A stretch of DNA of 64,000 bases. Source: Octopus sinensis. Lineage: Eukaryota. This document shows, one piece after another, positions 52,701 through 64,000 of the stretch. Positions within the stretch are counted from its first letter, which is position 1. The number at the start of each line of letters is the position of its first letter. The DNA lies in contig NC_043000.1 of assembly GCF_006345805.1 (NCBI RefSeq), positions 22,196,001-22,260,000 of the forward strand. The letters are read 5' to 3'. Under the pieces are notes generated by a model. It searched no databases, was not told the origin of the DNA, and was given only the letters and a program-made list of their open reading frames with translations. Made by a program: the position numbers and the translations under genes.

Positions 52701-53463
52701 CCATGGGGAAATATATATAGAGATGTAGTGGATTTTGCAAGCATGAAATGGATTCGATCCACCACAGGCAAATTTAAATTAACACTGCTACAGAACTTTT
52801 CCCACGATGGAACAATGGGTTTTCTCTGACAGCAGTTTTTACATTTTCCAGATGCCTTTAGCTAGGCCGAAATAATGTCTTCACCACTTGACCCTTTCTA
52901 ACCCCTTCTACTTCACCAAAAGCTAGAATAGAATTTACAAGACCACCAACTAAATCTTTTGCTCTCAATGATATATCTATCCTTCTGGATAGTTATATAA
53001 GCTAGCACGCCCCAAGCAAAAATCAGTTAGTCACTAGTCGGTGACGAATCAACCAAGTAGTCACTTTGGTGACGACGAAGTCTAGTTGACCAGCTAGAAC
53101 CTTGGTCAGAGGGAGAAATGAAGTTTACTGTCAGCAACTGTGAGTCAACGTCCCACAACCCTCCAACTCTCACTAGCTTTAGTTCTGTTCTCTTGCAACA
53201 TCATTCTATCTCTCTCTATTTACTACTAAACAATGAAGTGGACACAAACACAAACTTTACTTCGCATGCTTTTGGATTTATCATAACCTGCTCGTCGAGG
53301 CAAGGTATTTGTAGCGTAACGGTAAATAAACACTTTCTTAACACTTTACGCATTGTTCATCTTTCACATCCTACAGTATGCGATTATAATAACAACAAAT
53401 TTTTATCGTCACAATTGCTGACTCCGACATTTTATAATATTGTCTACTAATCTATCTCTACCG

Positions 53464-53498
<35 letters not shown>

Positions 53499-53605
53499 GG
53501 ACTCTCCCGTCGTTAAACGACGTATGAGGGTTCGACAATTTCTTACTGAACAAATACACAGAGGATTTGTTTATAGTGATCAAATTAATGTTTTTGTGGA
53601 CATAA

Positions 53606-54204
53606 GCTCACTCCCTCCATCAAATCGACATTACCTGTACAGGTGCAATGGATGCCAACATATCAAATGACGAAATGCTCACAGAACAACGTCAAATGAA
53701 GTGCTTTGCTCAAGAACACAACATAATGCCCTGTCTGGGAATCGAACCCACGATCTTGCAATCGTGAGTGGAACACCCAAACCACTAAGCTATGCGCCTT
53801 CACGAACACACACACACACACATACATACATATATATATATATTTATAAACATATACCTATACATATACACACGCGTATATATGTATAAACATATACATA
53901 CACACACACACACACATATACATACATATATGTGTATGTATGTATATATATGTGTGTGTATATATATATAGGTATATGTTTATATATATATGCGTGTGTG
54001 TGTTTGTGAAGGTGCATAGCTTAGTGGTTTGGGTGTTCCACTCACGATTGCGAGATCGTGGGTTCGATCCTCAGACAGGGCGTTATGTTGTGTTCTTGAG
54101 CAAAGCACTTCATTTGACGTTGCTCTTGTGAGCATTTCGTCATTTGATATGTTTGCATCCTTTGAACCTGTACAGGTAATGTCGATTTGATAAAGGGAGT
54201 GAGC
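53606..54204. repeat. About 600-bp fold-back of a tRNA-SINE plus flanking microsatellite
   Basis: Arms 53606-53803 (-) and 54006-54204 (+) are near-identical; the ORF track gives near-identical peptides on opposite strands. Confidence 0.85.
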
Positions 54205-54459
54205 ATATATGTGTATGTATATATGTACACAAAATGACCTCAAGTTTAAATTTCCTCAAGATCAAATTTTCTTCATAAGCCTATGTTTGTTAATGTTATT
54301 AACGAAAGTACAAAGATCGATGCCTGAAATACTTCTGGCTGGATATTATGAATTTTTTCTTGAGTAGAAACACTGTTTATGGTGCGTCTGTCTGTTATTT
54401 CTCTCGTGGCACGCCGCCATAGTCCTCTCAGTTATTGTACTTTTATTTTAGAAATCAGC

Positions 54460-54845
54460 ATTAAAAAACCTTCTAATATGTCTAACAGGAGGTCATTAGA
54501 TCTACCCTCCAATGCCCTATGTCTCGTAGATGTCCAACATGTACATAAATCTATTCTCTAACGTCTTTGTATGTTCATGTGGAGCACAATCTCTGATGCC
54601 CTTCTGATTTATATGAATCTATCCGGAGTATGAAATGTCCTTTTTCTAATAGTTGTCCAACTGCGTCTAAATTAAATCTACCCTGAAATACCCTTCTGTT
54701 TAATATATGTCTAACCAGAGTTCCATTGCATTTTACCCTCAAATGCCCTTCTCTCTCGTACATGTCCAAACAGAGCATAAAGTTCCTATCTTTCTGTGTT
54801 CAATCAGCCTCCACAGCTCTTCTCTCTCATGTAATGTCCAACTGT
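54460..54845. repeat. Degenerate tandem repeat, unit about 54 bp
   Basis: Recurrent taccctc(c/a)aatgccct...atgtc(c/t)aac units ending near 54486, 54538, 54661, 54715, 54770, 54842. Confidence 0.55.
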
Positions 54846-56263
54846 TACAGACGGAGCAGCATCGAATTAGACATTCCCAGTGTTTACCTTTCAGCCTGAT
54901 GTCTGGAGTTTAAATATCAGCCAAGTTGATAAAAGTAAATAATGAGCGAATCAATCTGCTAATCCTCACTCCCTTTCCTTTTCTACGATTGACTGGTTGC
55001 CAAGACCGCTCTCTCTCCCTCACTTAGACACAAATAGTGGTTAACTGGCAAAAGAGAAGTGTTCTACGATAAATGTGTGAAGATTATTCCTCTTTCTCAA
55101 GGACATCACATATTTCTCATTCTTCTCATTTTCAAATTTCACCGATTTCCTTTCAGTCACCTGCAAGTTTGATAAAAATTAGATTCTGTAAAAATATATT
55201 GCAGTCGAATCATATGTGTGTGTGTGATCATCAGTGTATCATACTTCATGTATTACTAAATATATCTGAAAAAGCAAATTTACTAATGTGCTCATCTGGA
55301 GATAACATCACTTATGGACGTGCTGTGTTTAAAAGCTCAAAAATATATCAGTAACAGACGGTGATCGTTCAGCAGGGATGCTGACATTGCTAGATGCACA
55401 TTTCTATCTCCTTAGGCTTCGTCAGTTGCATGTACTCAGTGGAAACTATTTATTATGGATAAAATCCGTCGCTGTTGATATAGGAAAACATTGAGTGAGT
55501 AATCACTGGTGTTGCAATTAGACACCCACCAGGATCTATATCAGAAACGTTATATTTTCACTCAAATTTTACTTTGTGACTGTTTTGCCTTCTTTGCACC
55601 CAATAATATTAACTGTGAACATCTCTTGGATTTCTGCTGATTCTTGTATTAAGTTAACTTACTAAACATTTAGCTTAGTGCTCTATTTTCATGTATATTT
55701 TCATGTGTATTGTCTACTTTCTATTTTCATGTGTCAATCTACCACCCACATATAGTCCAGGTAATGATCTGAAATTATTAGCTGAAGTAAATATGGACGC
55801 TCGATACGACAGGCGTAATAACGATGCTAAAAACAATGTATCTGATGTGTGCAACATCGTTATCTACAACTTACGGTTTTATTTTAAAGTTTGCTTTTCA
55901 AATGATATTCAAATATTTATTATTCTAATTTCCTTTGGATTTCAAACTGGTTCATATTTTTTTATTGACTACATATAAATTATTCATTTTCTTTATTCAA
56001 ACAATGATTCATTGTTATTGATTTAACTAGTAATACAGTGTAGTCTGTACTCGTCTGTATGCTTTAGTTACCTTTATAACAAAAAGTATATCTTGCTCAT
56101 CAGCAAATTAATTGCATCTTCTGTGGAAATACAAACGCACTGAACTTTGTCGGGAAAATAATTTTGTTTCCTGATGGAGCAAATAATTTATTTATAAATT
56201 TATAATACAACATAACGTACATACATATAAAACAATGATATATCTTTATAACACATACACACA

Positions 56264-56394
<131 letters not shown>

Positions 56395-56512
56395 ACACAC
56401 ATACACACACACACACACATATATATATATACACACACATACATACATATATACATACTACATACATACAAAGTTTTTTTTTAATTCTCTCTCTGTTTAT
56501 TCTCTTTTATTC

Positions 56513-56548
56513 CTTTCTGTCTAAGAGCGTAGGTTCGAAACGTAAAAG
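56513..56548 (+). ncRNA. Decayed minimal hammerhead motif in a short repeat
   Basis: CUUU-[CUGUCUA]-A-GAGC GUAG GUUC-GAAACGU-A-AAAG: stems I, II and the ACGU palindrome are intact; the CUGANGA core is mutated. Confidence 0.45.
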
Positions 56549-57339
56549 ACTTACTCACTTTCCCGAGCGCCAAACTAACACACCTACTTGTTGTTCATAC
56601 ACCAGTCTTCGTCTTTTGTTTTTCTGTAATTGTCAAGTATGTATGTGTGTCTGTTATGTAATATAATATATCATACATAAGGTCGAAGAAGGAACATACA
56701 GAAAACAGGGGGTAAAAAATACAAGGACGGATATGCTCATTCCTTATCAATCAAAAGCCATCACATGTTCTTTATGTTATCAACCCTCGCTTGTTTCCAA
56801 GCAAGTTGATATCTCTAGACATGTGGCTAGGCATGTTTTCGAAGAATATTGAAAATGGGCGGCACTCTTTTACAACTATCACGCGATGCATGACAAAATG
56901 GCGCAAACATTCACACACACTCACAGGTATACATACGTACGTATTATTTCAGTTTCTGTCTGCTAAATCTACTTAAAAGTCTTTGATCGGCCCGGAGCTA
57001 TAGTAGAAAACACTCGCCCTAGATGCCTTGCAGTCGGATTGAACGCGAAACCATGTGGTCAGGAAGTAAATTCCTTAACCACACAACCAAACTTGCGCCT
57101 ATACAATAATAATTTATGCACAAGGCCAGCAATTTTGTGGTGTGAGAGTTAGTTGACGCCATAGATTGTAGAGGGATGAAAGGTAATGTTAATTTCGGCG
57201 ATATATGAATTCAGAATGTAAAGAGCCGGAAGAAACGCTTTTAAGCATTTTGTCCGACGCGCTAACTATTCTGGCTGCTCTGCCTTTCACTGCCTTATAA
57301 TAATAATAATAATAATAATCCTTTTTACTAAAGGCACAA

Positions 57340-57768
57340 GACCTGAAATTTGATGGGAAGGGACTAGTTGATTACATCGACCCCAGTGTTTCATTGGTAC
57401 TTAATTTATCGACCCCGAAAGGATAAAAGGCAAAGTCGACTTCGGCGGAATTTGAACTCAGAACGTAACGACTCAGTAACGATTTGACCAGCTCGCTGCC
57501 TTATAACAATAAAAACAACGATGATGATAATCATTAAGGCGGCGAGCTGGTAGAAACGTTAGCACGCCGGGCGAAATGTTTAGCGATATTTCGTCTGCCG
57601 TTACGTTCTGAGTTCAAATTCCGCCGAGGTCGACTTTGCCTTTCATCCTTTCGGGGTCGATAAATTAAGAACCAGTTACGCACTGGGGTCGATACAATCG
57701 ACTTAATCCGTTTGTCTGTCCTTGTTTGTCCCCTCTGTGTCTAGCCCCTTGTGGGTAGTAAAGAAATA
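57340..57768. mobile_element. Head-to-head pair of a third high-copy SINE-like repeat (other copies 49024-49180, 49814-50022, 62798-62940, 40500-41070)
   Basis: gttctgagttcaaattccgccgaggtcgactttgcctttcatcctttcggggtcgat core present in both orientations. Confidence 0.75.
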
Positions 57769-58751
57769 GATGATGATAATCATGAAAAGAAATGTCATCA
57801 TCTAGGACCTCCAGCAGCTGTTTTTCGGGGACAGCTAGTCTGGTATCGTAACAAATTAATTCTCGTCGTCATTTAGTTTTCCATTCAGTTCGTTTTTCCC
57901 TTAATGAAACTGAATAAGTATAAATAATAAAACAAGTGATGGAAATGCGGTGGGTTGCGCAAGGGGATGGTGCTTTCCTACTTTTCAGCCCACAGACGAG
58001 GGGTTCTAACAGCGTCTTACCTCTCTCTCCGTCTTCCCAATTTCAACCTCTGGGACCCTGGTGTACCCCTAGTTTCCCAAACCCATTTCCATTGCCGCAT
58101 GAGCAACAATGAATTTAGTAAATATAATTCGCAACTTCTATGCCAAAATAACACCCATGTTTATTTATTCCTGCAAGCATATTTGCGTCAAAGTTAAGAA
58201 TGCTCTCAGACATGGATGGAAAAGAACTGAATAGTAAGGAAGGTAAGCGGAAGAATGTCAGAAAAAGCAAACGAAATTCTTTTAATAAAGAAAACTATTT
58301 ACATTCACTGATGACGTCAAAAAGCTGTCTATCGTCTGCAAAATAACGACTGATGAAAACCAGGAGCCACAGCAAGGTGAATGGAAAAACAGTTATGCTA
58401 CGTTGGTATTATAACGAACAGCTTACGTTTGCTGGTTATAACAATAAATTATCATAACAACTTAACAGTTTCCTTAAAATAAAATATAAATACGCCAAGT
58501 ATATGCACGGTAACGAAGCTTATTGACACCTACAAACTCTTGGATTGTATTACGTGTATGTTAGTTTTAGGAAAATGTTTACTTCCAAATTCTTCAAAAC
58601 AACTCTTGTGCGTATGATTCTTTGTATAGCACAAGACAAAACTATTGTTAATTTTAAATGTGAAGTTCAGTTGTTTGAAAAATTCTGAAGCTCTGTTAAT
58701 TGTTATCACTAACATGTACAATCACTGAGTTTTCTTCATCTTGCGTGTTCC

Positions 58752-58752
<1 letters not shown>

Positions 58753-58811
<59 letters not shown>
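58753..58811. repeat. (CTTT)n microsatellite
   Basis: Directly visible. Confidence 0.98.
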
Positions 58812-59129
58812 AAAATCATATTTACCACTATTACTCAACAGAATAAATATTTGGAAAAACAGATTTATGTCGAATTAGTTTAAACATTACAGCAGTTTTA
58901 GAAACTTTGGTTGTTATTTTTTTCTTTATCTACAATAGAGTCCCATAACCTTTTATAGCAAATAGTTTCAGCCACTGGTCTGCGGCCATGCTGATTTTAA
59001 TTGATCATATCGGCTCCACTACATTTTTCACTTATTGAACACTTTGACGAATAGCTAAGTTACAGGACATAAACATGGACTCATATACGTAGTAAATGAG
59101 TGTACCTCCGTTATTTCATCTCTAGAATC

Positions 59130-61160
59130 CTTAAAGTCGACAATCCACAATTGTCCTATTGTCTTTGCCAGGGACTGTCTCACCCAACCTTTCTCCATGT
59201 TCCTCAATAAACTGCTATAACTCCTTATCTCTGCCTTACTAACACATATTAAGGGCACCAACCATGCTCTGAACCCCTTTAACTGGTTTGCTATTCTCTC
59301 TAGACATTCCTAAATTCTATTTACTACGAACGTCAAATCATTCAACAAAGTCTTCCCCACAGCGACGACCTATCTTTTTTTATAGCCCATTCTCATATGC
59401 AGCTCCCTTCTCCTACTCAATACCACTAACCTTCACCACCTGATTTCTCTCGTCCTCACTGTTAATTGCCTCTTCTTTCCTGACGAGTTTTATCAACATT
59501 TGAGAGAGATCGCTATGGGTACTAAGATGGGTCTGAATTACATAAACCTCATTCACGCCACAACAATCAACATGTCGGTAGATTCCACTCTTTCTTAAAA
59601 TTCACGTGTACCATATCAAATACCTCCATTTGCTTCCTTGATATCACTGTCACGATCTACTATTTCCACCTGTCCTCTCTCTCCACTACAAACTCACTAA
59701 CTCTCACGACTACCTCCACTATTTCTCATTACACTCCAAATGTACTTTCTCATTCCTCTCACTGTACAGCATCGATTCGAACTTCTAGCTCTAAATCTAA
59801 AGAAATGCGTCACTTCTTCAGCCGACAGTATCCTCTATTGGCTGAAGATTTTACCCTCTCGGACCGATGCTGTCGAAAGTCCGATGATTTTCTGATTTTT
59901 TTCACGCATACCCACAAATCGGATCCTTCTCTCCTTCATCCCCCAGCCGGCCGCGAAATTTTTCCCTACGAGAGTTCCGGACCCCAGTTATGAACTCATT
60001 TGCATACAGCCAATCAGAGCTCAACTATCAAACTAGCGTCCACCTAGTCACAAAAAATACTTTGGCTGAGTTCAGTGGATAATGTGTGTTATAGCAAAAT
60101 CTAACTGTTCTAAACGGGTTAATAGGGGAGACAAATGTGAAATTTAGTGTATAAAGTTGAATGGAGAGCTGCTCACCGATGATGCCAGAAGTGTTGCCAA
60201 TTTGCGTAATTTACTAGAAAATGTAAATGAGTGTAGTTTCCTAATTTTTTGACTGATTTTGTACATTCCTAATTTAAAATGTTGGTGTTGATCTGGAAAC
60301 ATCGTTATCAATATGGCGTTGTGTCATATTGCGCCCTCCTTGGGTACATGCAGTATCACTAATCTCAGTCTGAGCATAGTTACCTAATGTTAGTTGCGTA
60401 TAGAGATGGTGCTCAATTGATCTATGAGGATGATGGGGGGATGTCGTGCTTATGTGAGACCTGCTATGCTGTACTCACAGAGTGGCATACACCATTCTAT
60501 GCCTGACTGATTGTACTGTAGTAGTACACAGTAAGTGGATTTTCAAGGTGAGCTCTGATTGGCTGTATGCAAATGAGTTCATTACTGGGTTCCGGAACTC
60601 TCGTGGGAAAAAAATTTCGCCAGCCGGCAACCCTTCCGCATACTACTTAGCAATTTCTAATTTGCATCCCCTGATCTCACAGCTGCTCCGATCTTTCCCG
60701 AACCAAACTCTCTTTCAAAAGAGAAAAGGATCTCTGTATCATTTTTGTTAGAAGCTCCCTATCCACCTATCCCCCATCTACTCCAAAACAAATACTATCA
60801 AATTCAGCCCTAGATGTCACATCTGCTCCCTGAATTAATAACGCCACAACTATCACCGGCCCCAAATTCTAGTGTAAATTACACAAAACCTCAGTTACAC
60901 ATCCGCCAACACCATATATAGAATCACATGCAAACTCTATGGAGCCTTCTATGTTAGTGTCGCCTGGGTGATTGCTTCCACGGACATTGCAACATTCTGT
61001 GATATATTCTGGGTTAATCTGTGATCCACCATTTCAGTACACTGGCTACTTTCTTAATCATCTCTCGGTGTCCGACATTTTTGCCACCATGGGGCGTCGC
61101 ATTTCAGGAAACTAAAGAACAGTACACCTTTTACCTCTAAACGTTGGAGACTATGAATTT
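59130..61160 (+). mobile_element. Decayed Penelope-like retroelement (Neptune-type RT, Cys linker and GIY-YIG endonuclease)
   Basis: Frame-shifted remnants THIKGTNHAL, ILFTTNVKS, LVLTVNCLFF..FYQ..IAMGTKMG (59512-59532), LKFTCTIS..FLDI, HYKLTNSHDYL, PRCHIC, NTIYRITCKLYGAFYV (60902-60958). Confidence 0.8.
59952..60621. mobile_element. Non-autonomous TIR element 1 (about 85-90-bp TIRs), 7-bp TSD AGCCGGC
   Basis: cgcgaaattttt..acgagagttccgg..tcatttgcatacagccaatcagagctc is inverted at 60548-60621; TSD at 59945-59951 and 60622-60628; interrupts the Penelope ORF. Confidence 0.8.
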
Positions 61161-62142
61161 CATGTCCGAAAAAAAAAATCAAACAATTTTTCTCATAGAA
61201 TACATCATGCACAAAATTATCATGCTAGAGTTTTAAAAACTTTTCTTGTTTCGTTATTACTTCTCTTGTTATACGGCAGAATCAGAGAAAATATGTCCGG
61301 TCATTATTATTGCTTGCAATGAATGTTTTCACAATTTGAAGGATGAAATGTCGAGTGAAAGAGAAGAGTAATCGTAATCGTCCATCATCTGTTTTATAGT
61401 TAAAAGCTTTGTTCCAAGGATAAATAATAGAATTCTTAATTGTTAACTTAAATAGTTGAAAATAATGCGGTCAGAAAAATAAACAACTAAGTAAATAATA
61501 CTATGATAAAATAAAGAATTCAAGGTCAATTTATCCTGTTTTCGTAATCCCTTTCCTTGCAAAAACAGTTTTGTATATTAAAATGTTTTGTTACCGGGAG
61601 AAACAATACAATTTGATGGAGATGACTATATTACATTGTAAATTTGTATGCAAGAAGTAATAAAGCAAATGACAAATATACGCCCGTGAAAATATTTCGC
61701 TGTCAAATTATCCCACTAATAAACCAACGAACCACTCACCGCTAATCCGTGTGGGGACGTCAGGAGCTAGGTGTGTACAATTGTTACTCAGTCACATACT
61801 AAGACTTTTCTTTCCTAAGCTAGCGAGTCATTTTTTTTTATTGTATCTTTTATTTGTTTTTAGTAATTGACTGCGGCCATACTGGAACACTGCTTTGGAG
61901 GGTTTTAGTCAAACAAATCGACACCCCAGGAGTCACTTTTGAGTCTGGTACATATTTTATCGGTCTTTTTGTCGAACTAAATAACGGGGATATAAACAAA
62001 CATCGGTTTTCATGTGGCAGGTGTAGGGATAAACACAGACACAAAATCACACACATTCATTCACATACTTATACGTATACAATGGAATTCTACACAGTTT
62101 CTGCCTTCCAAATTCACTCACAAGGCATTAGTCGGTCCGGGG

Positions 62143-62685
62143 CGTGAAATCTTTTTCCCACGAGAGTTCCGGGCCTCAGCTATGAACTCATTTGCATAGA
62201 GCAAATCAGAGCTCAACTATCAAACTAATTTATGAGCGCACAACAAGTGATAGGCAATAAGATAAGGTCACTTGGATAAGGAATGACCATGCTTCTTTTC
62301 TCTTTTAATAATGCTTGTTGTTCTTGTTTTTGTTCTTGTTTGAACCATGGCTGCCTCTACGTAGTTATTTGTATTGTTGTTTACCTTGTAAAACAGTAAG
62401 TTGCGAGCACATGACCCTCTATCCATGTTCTTCCCATCCACATCTTTACCACATGGGGCCCTAATAAAATCCGGTAATTGGTATAGATGCAAATCTATCA
62501 AATTACTTGTCTCTTAAAATTAGGCATAACTTGGCGATCGGTCGACTTAAAACACCGTTCTTCGTCTTGAGTTTGCTTGACAGAGTGTGTTTGTTAACTT
62601 GACATGGTCAAGATGAGCTCTCATTGGCTGTATGCAAATGCGTTCATTACTGGGGTCCGGAACTCTCGTGGGAAAAAATTTAGTG
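62143..62685. mobile_element. Non-autonomous TIR element 2 (same TIRs), 7-bp TSD TCCGGGG / CCCGGGA
   Basis: Splits a SINE copy at gtcgg|cccggg(g/a)|ctatag; TIRs match element 1, interior does not. Confidence 0.8.
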
Positions 62686-63244
62686 CCCGGGACTATAGAA
62701 GAGGATACTTCCCCAAAGTACCTCGCAGTGGGACTGAACCCAAGACCACGTGGCTACAAAACGAATTTCTTAATCACACAACCATGCCTGCACCTATCGA
62801 GGTCGACTTTGCCTTTCATCCTTTCGGGGTCGACAAATTAAGTACCAGTTACACACTGGGGTCGATGTAATCGACTTAATCCCTTTGTCTGTCCTTGTTT
62901 GTCCCCTCTGTGTTTAGCCCCTTGTGGGTAGTAAAGAAATATATATTAATTCTTTTTATGTTAAATTTACTTATTTATATTTAATTAAGTTTGCCTTCAG
63001 TAAGGTTTATATTCAACTTTGTAACGGTATCTGGTAAATTCATCGCAGGAAGAGATGTCGCCTGTAATTTCATTGCGAACCAAATACGTCGTCGATAAAT
63101 TCATCGTCATGCCACATACATCGTTGGTAAATACATTGCTCTGTTTTTTTAACCGCAGAGTAAATACTTCGTTGAATGTTTAAATTTTTTTTATTCGCAG
63201 AATAAAAAAACGTTACATTTTATCAACAACAAAACAGAAATTTC

Positions 63245-63275
<31 letters not shown>

Positions 63276-63700
63276 AAAAAACTTATATCAAATTTATTCA
63301 ATACATATACGAAGAAAAAAAAGAAAAAGAAAATTTACTTTTAAAAAATGAATCTAAAAAGAAAATACGTAGTAAAAAGGAGATAGCATTATTTTAAATT
63401 GGAGGGAGGAAGAAGCATTCTAAAAAGATATGGGCGATAGATCAATAGCTCTTAAATAATTGAATATTTCGAGATTTTTGTTATTCATTGATGATGCATT
63501 GAATTCTTTCTGCTCTATTATTATAATAGGATCTTTTCTTATAATATTTCTTAGTGATATGGAATGCCTGCATCATTGATATATAGTTGTAGTATTACGT
63601 TTTTTTTTTACTGTTGATTTTTCAAAATAACTGAAAATTTCCCAGATTGCTGGATGTGATTTTTCGTTCAATCTACTGAATGATTGGTGCCAAATTTCAC

Positions 63701-64000
63701 AAGAATTATTTGTTTTAGAGGCACCTTTCAATGCTACAGAAAATCTAATTCCAAAGCGTATGACCATCGTAAAGTCGAGCAGTGGACAAGGCGACAGTTT
63801 GTGCATCCAAACCACATATTCTCTACATAATCTAAGAATTATTTGTTTTAGAGGCACCTTTCAATGCTACAGAAAATCTAATTCCAAAGCGTATGACCAT
63901 CGTAAAGTCGAGCAGTGAACAAGGCGACAGTTTGTGCATCCAAACCACATATTCTCTACATAATCTAAGAATTATTTGTTTTAGAGGCACCTTTCAATGC
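63701..64000. repeat. 133-bp tandem repeat, at least 2.25 near-identical units, runs off the window end
   Basis: aagaattatttgttttagaggcacc at 63701, 63834 and 63967; one substitution between full units. Confidence 0.95.

Noticed and set aside
63573-63857. 94-aa minus-strand ORF
   Set aside because: Overlaps a non-3n tandem repeat; no recognisable protein features

Overview
AT-rich, microsatellite- and SINE-dense animal genomic DNA. It is most likely a coleoid cephalopod such as Octopus, which is inferred from the repeat landscape and not proven. Bases ~1-40,400 hold the kinase-coding part of one + strand LAMMER-family kinase gene (CLK2-like / Drosophila Doa ortholog); the N-terminal exons appear to lie upstream of the window. 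Splice-phase reconstruction gives a complete kinase domain. It also shows a layered alternative-splicing system: (i) a frameshifting exon equivalent to vertebrate CLK exon 4; (ii) a hidden 39-nt cassette exon inserting an RS-rich peptide into the N-lobe; (iii) a duplicated mutually exclusive exon pair for the MAPK-like insertion, with an ungapped 35-nt RNA duplex that masks the donor of the first copy and an Rbfox motif; (iv) two alternative last exons. Bases ~40,500-64,000 are gene-free and repeat-rich. They contain tRNA-derived SINEs, many fold-back palindromes, several minimal hammerhead-ribozyme motifs of the Penelope type (one fused to a tRNA-SINE head), a decayed Neptune-type Penelope element, two non-autonomous TIR elements with 7-bp CCGG-containing target duplications, and a 133-bp tandem repeat at the window end. 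All alternative-splicing and ribozyme calls come from sequence alone and need transcript or biochemical confirmation.
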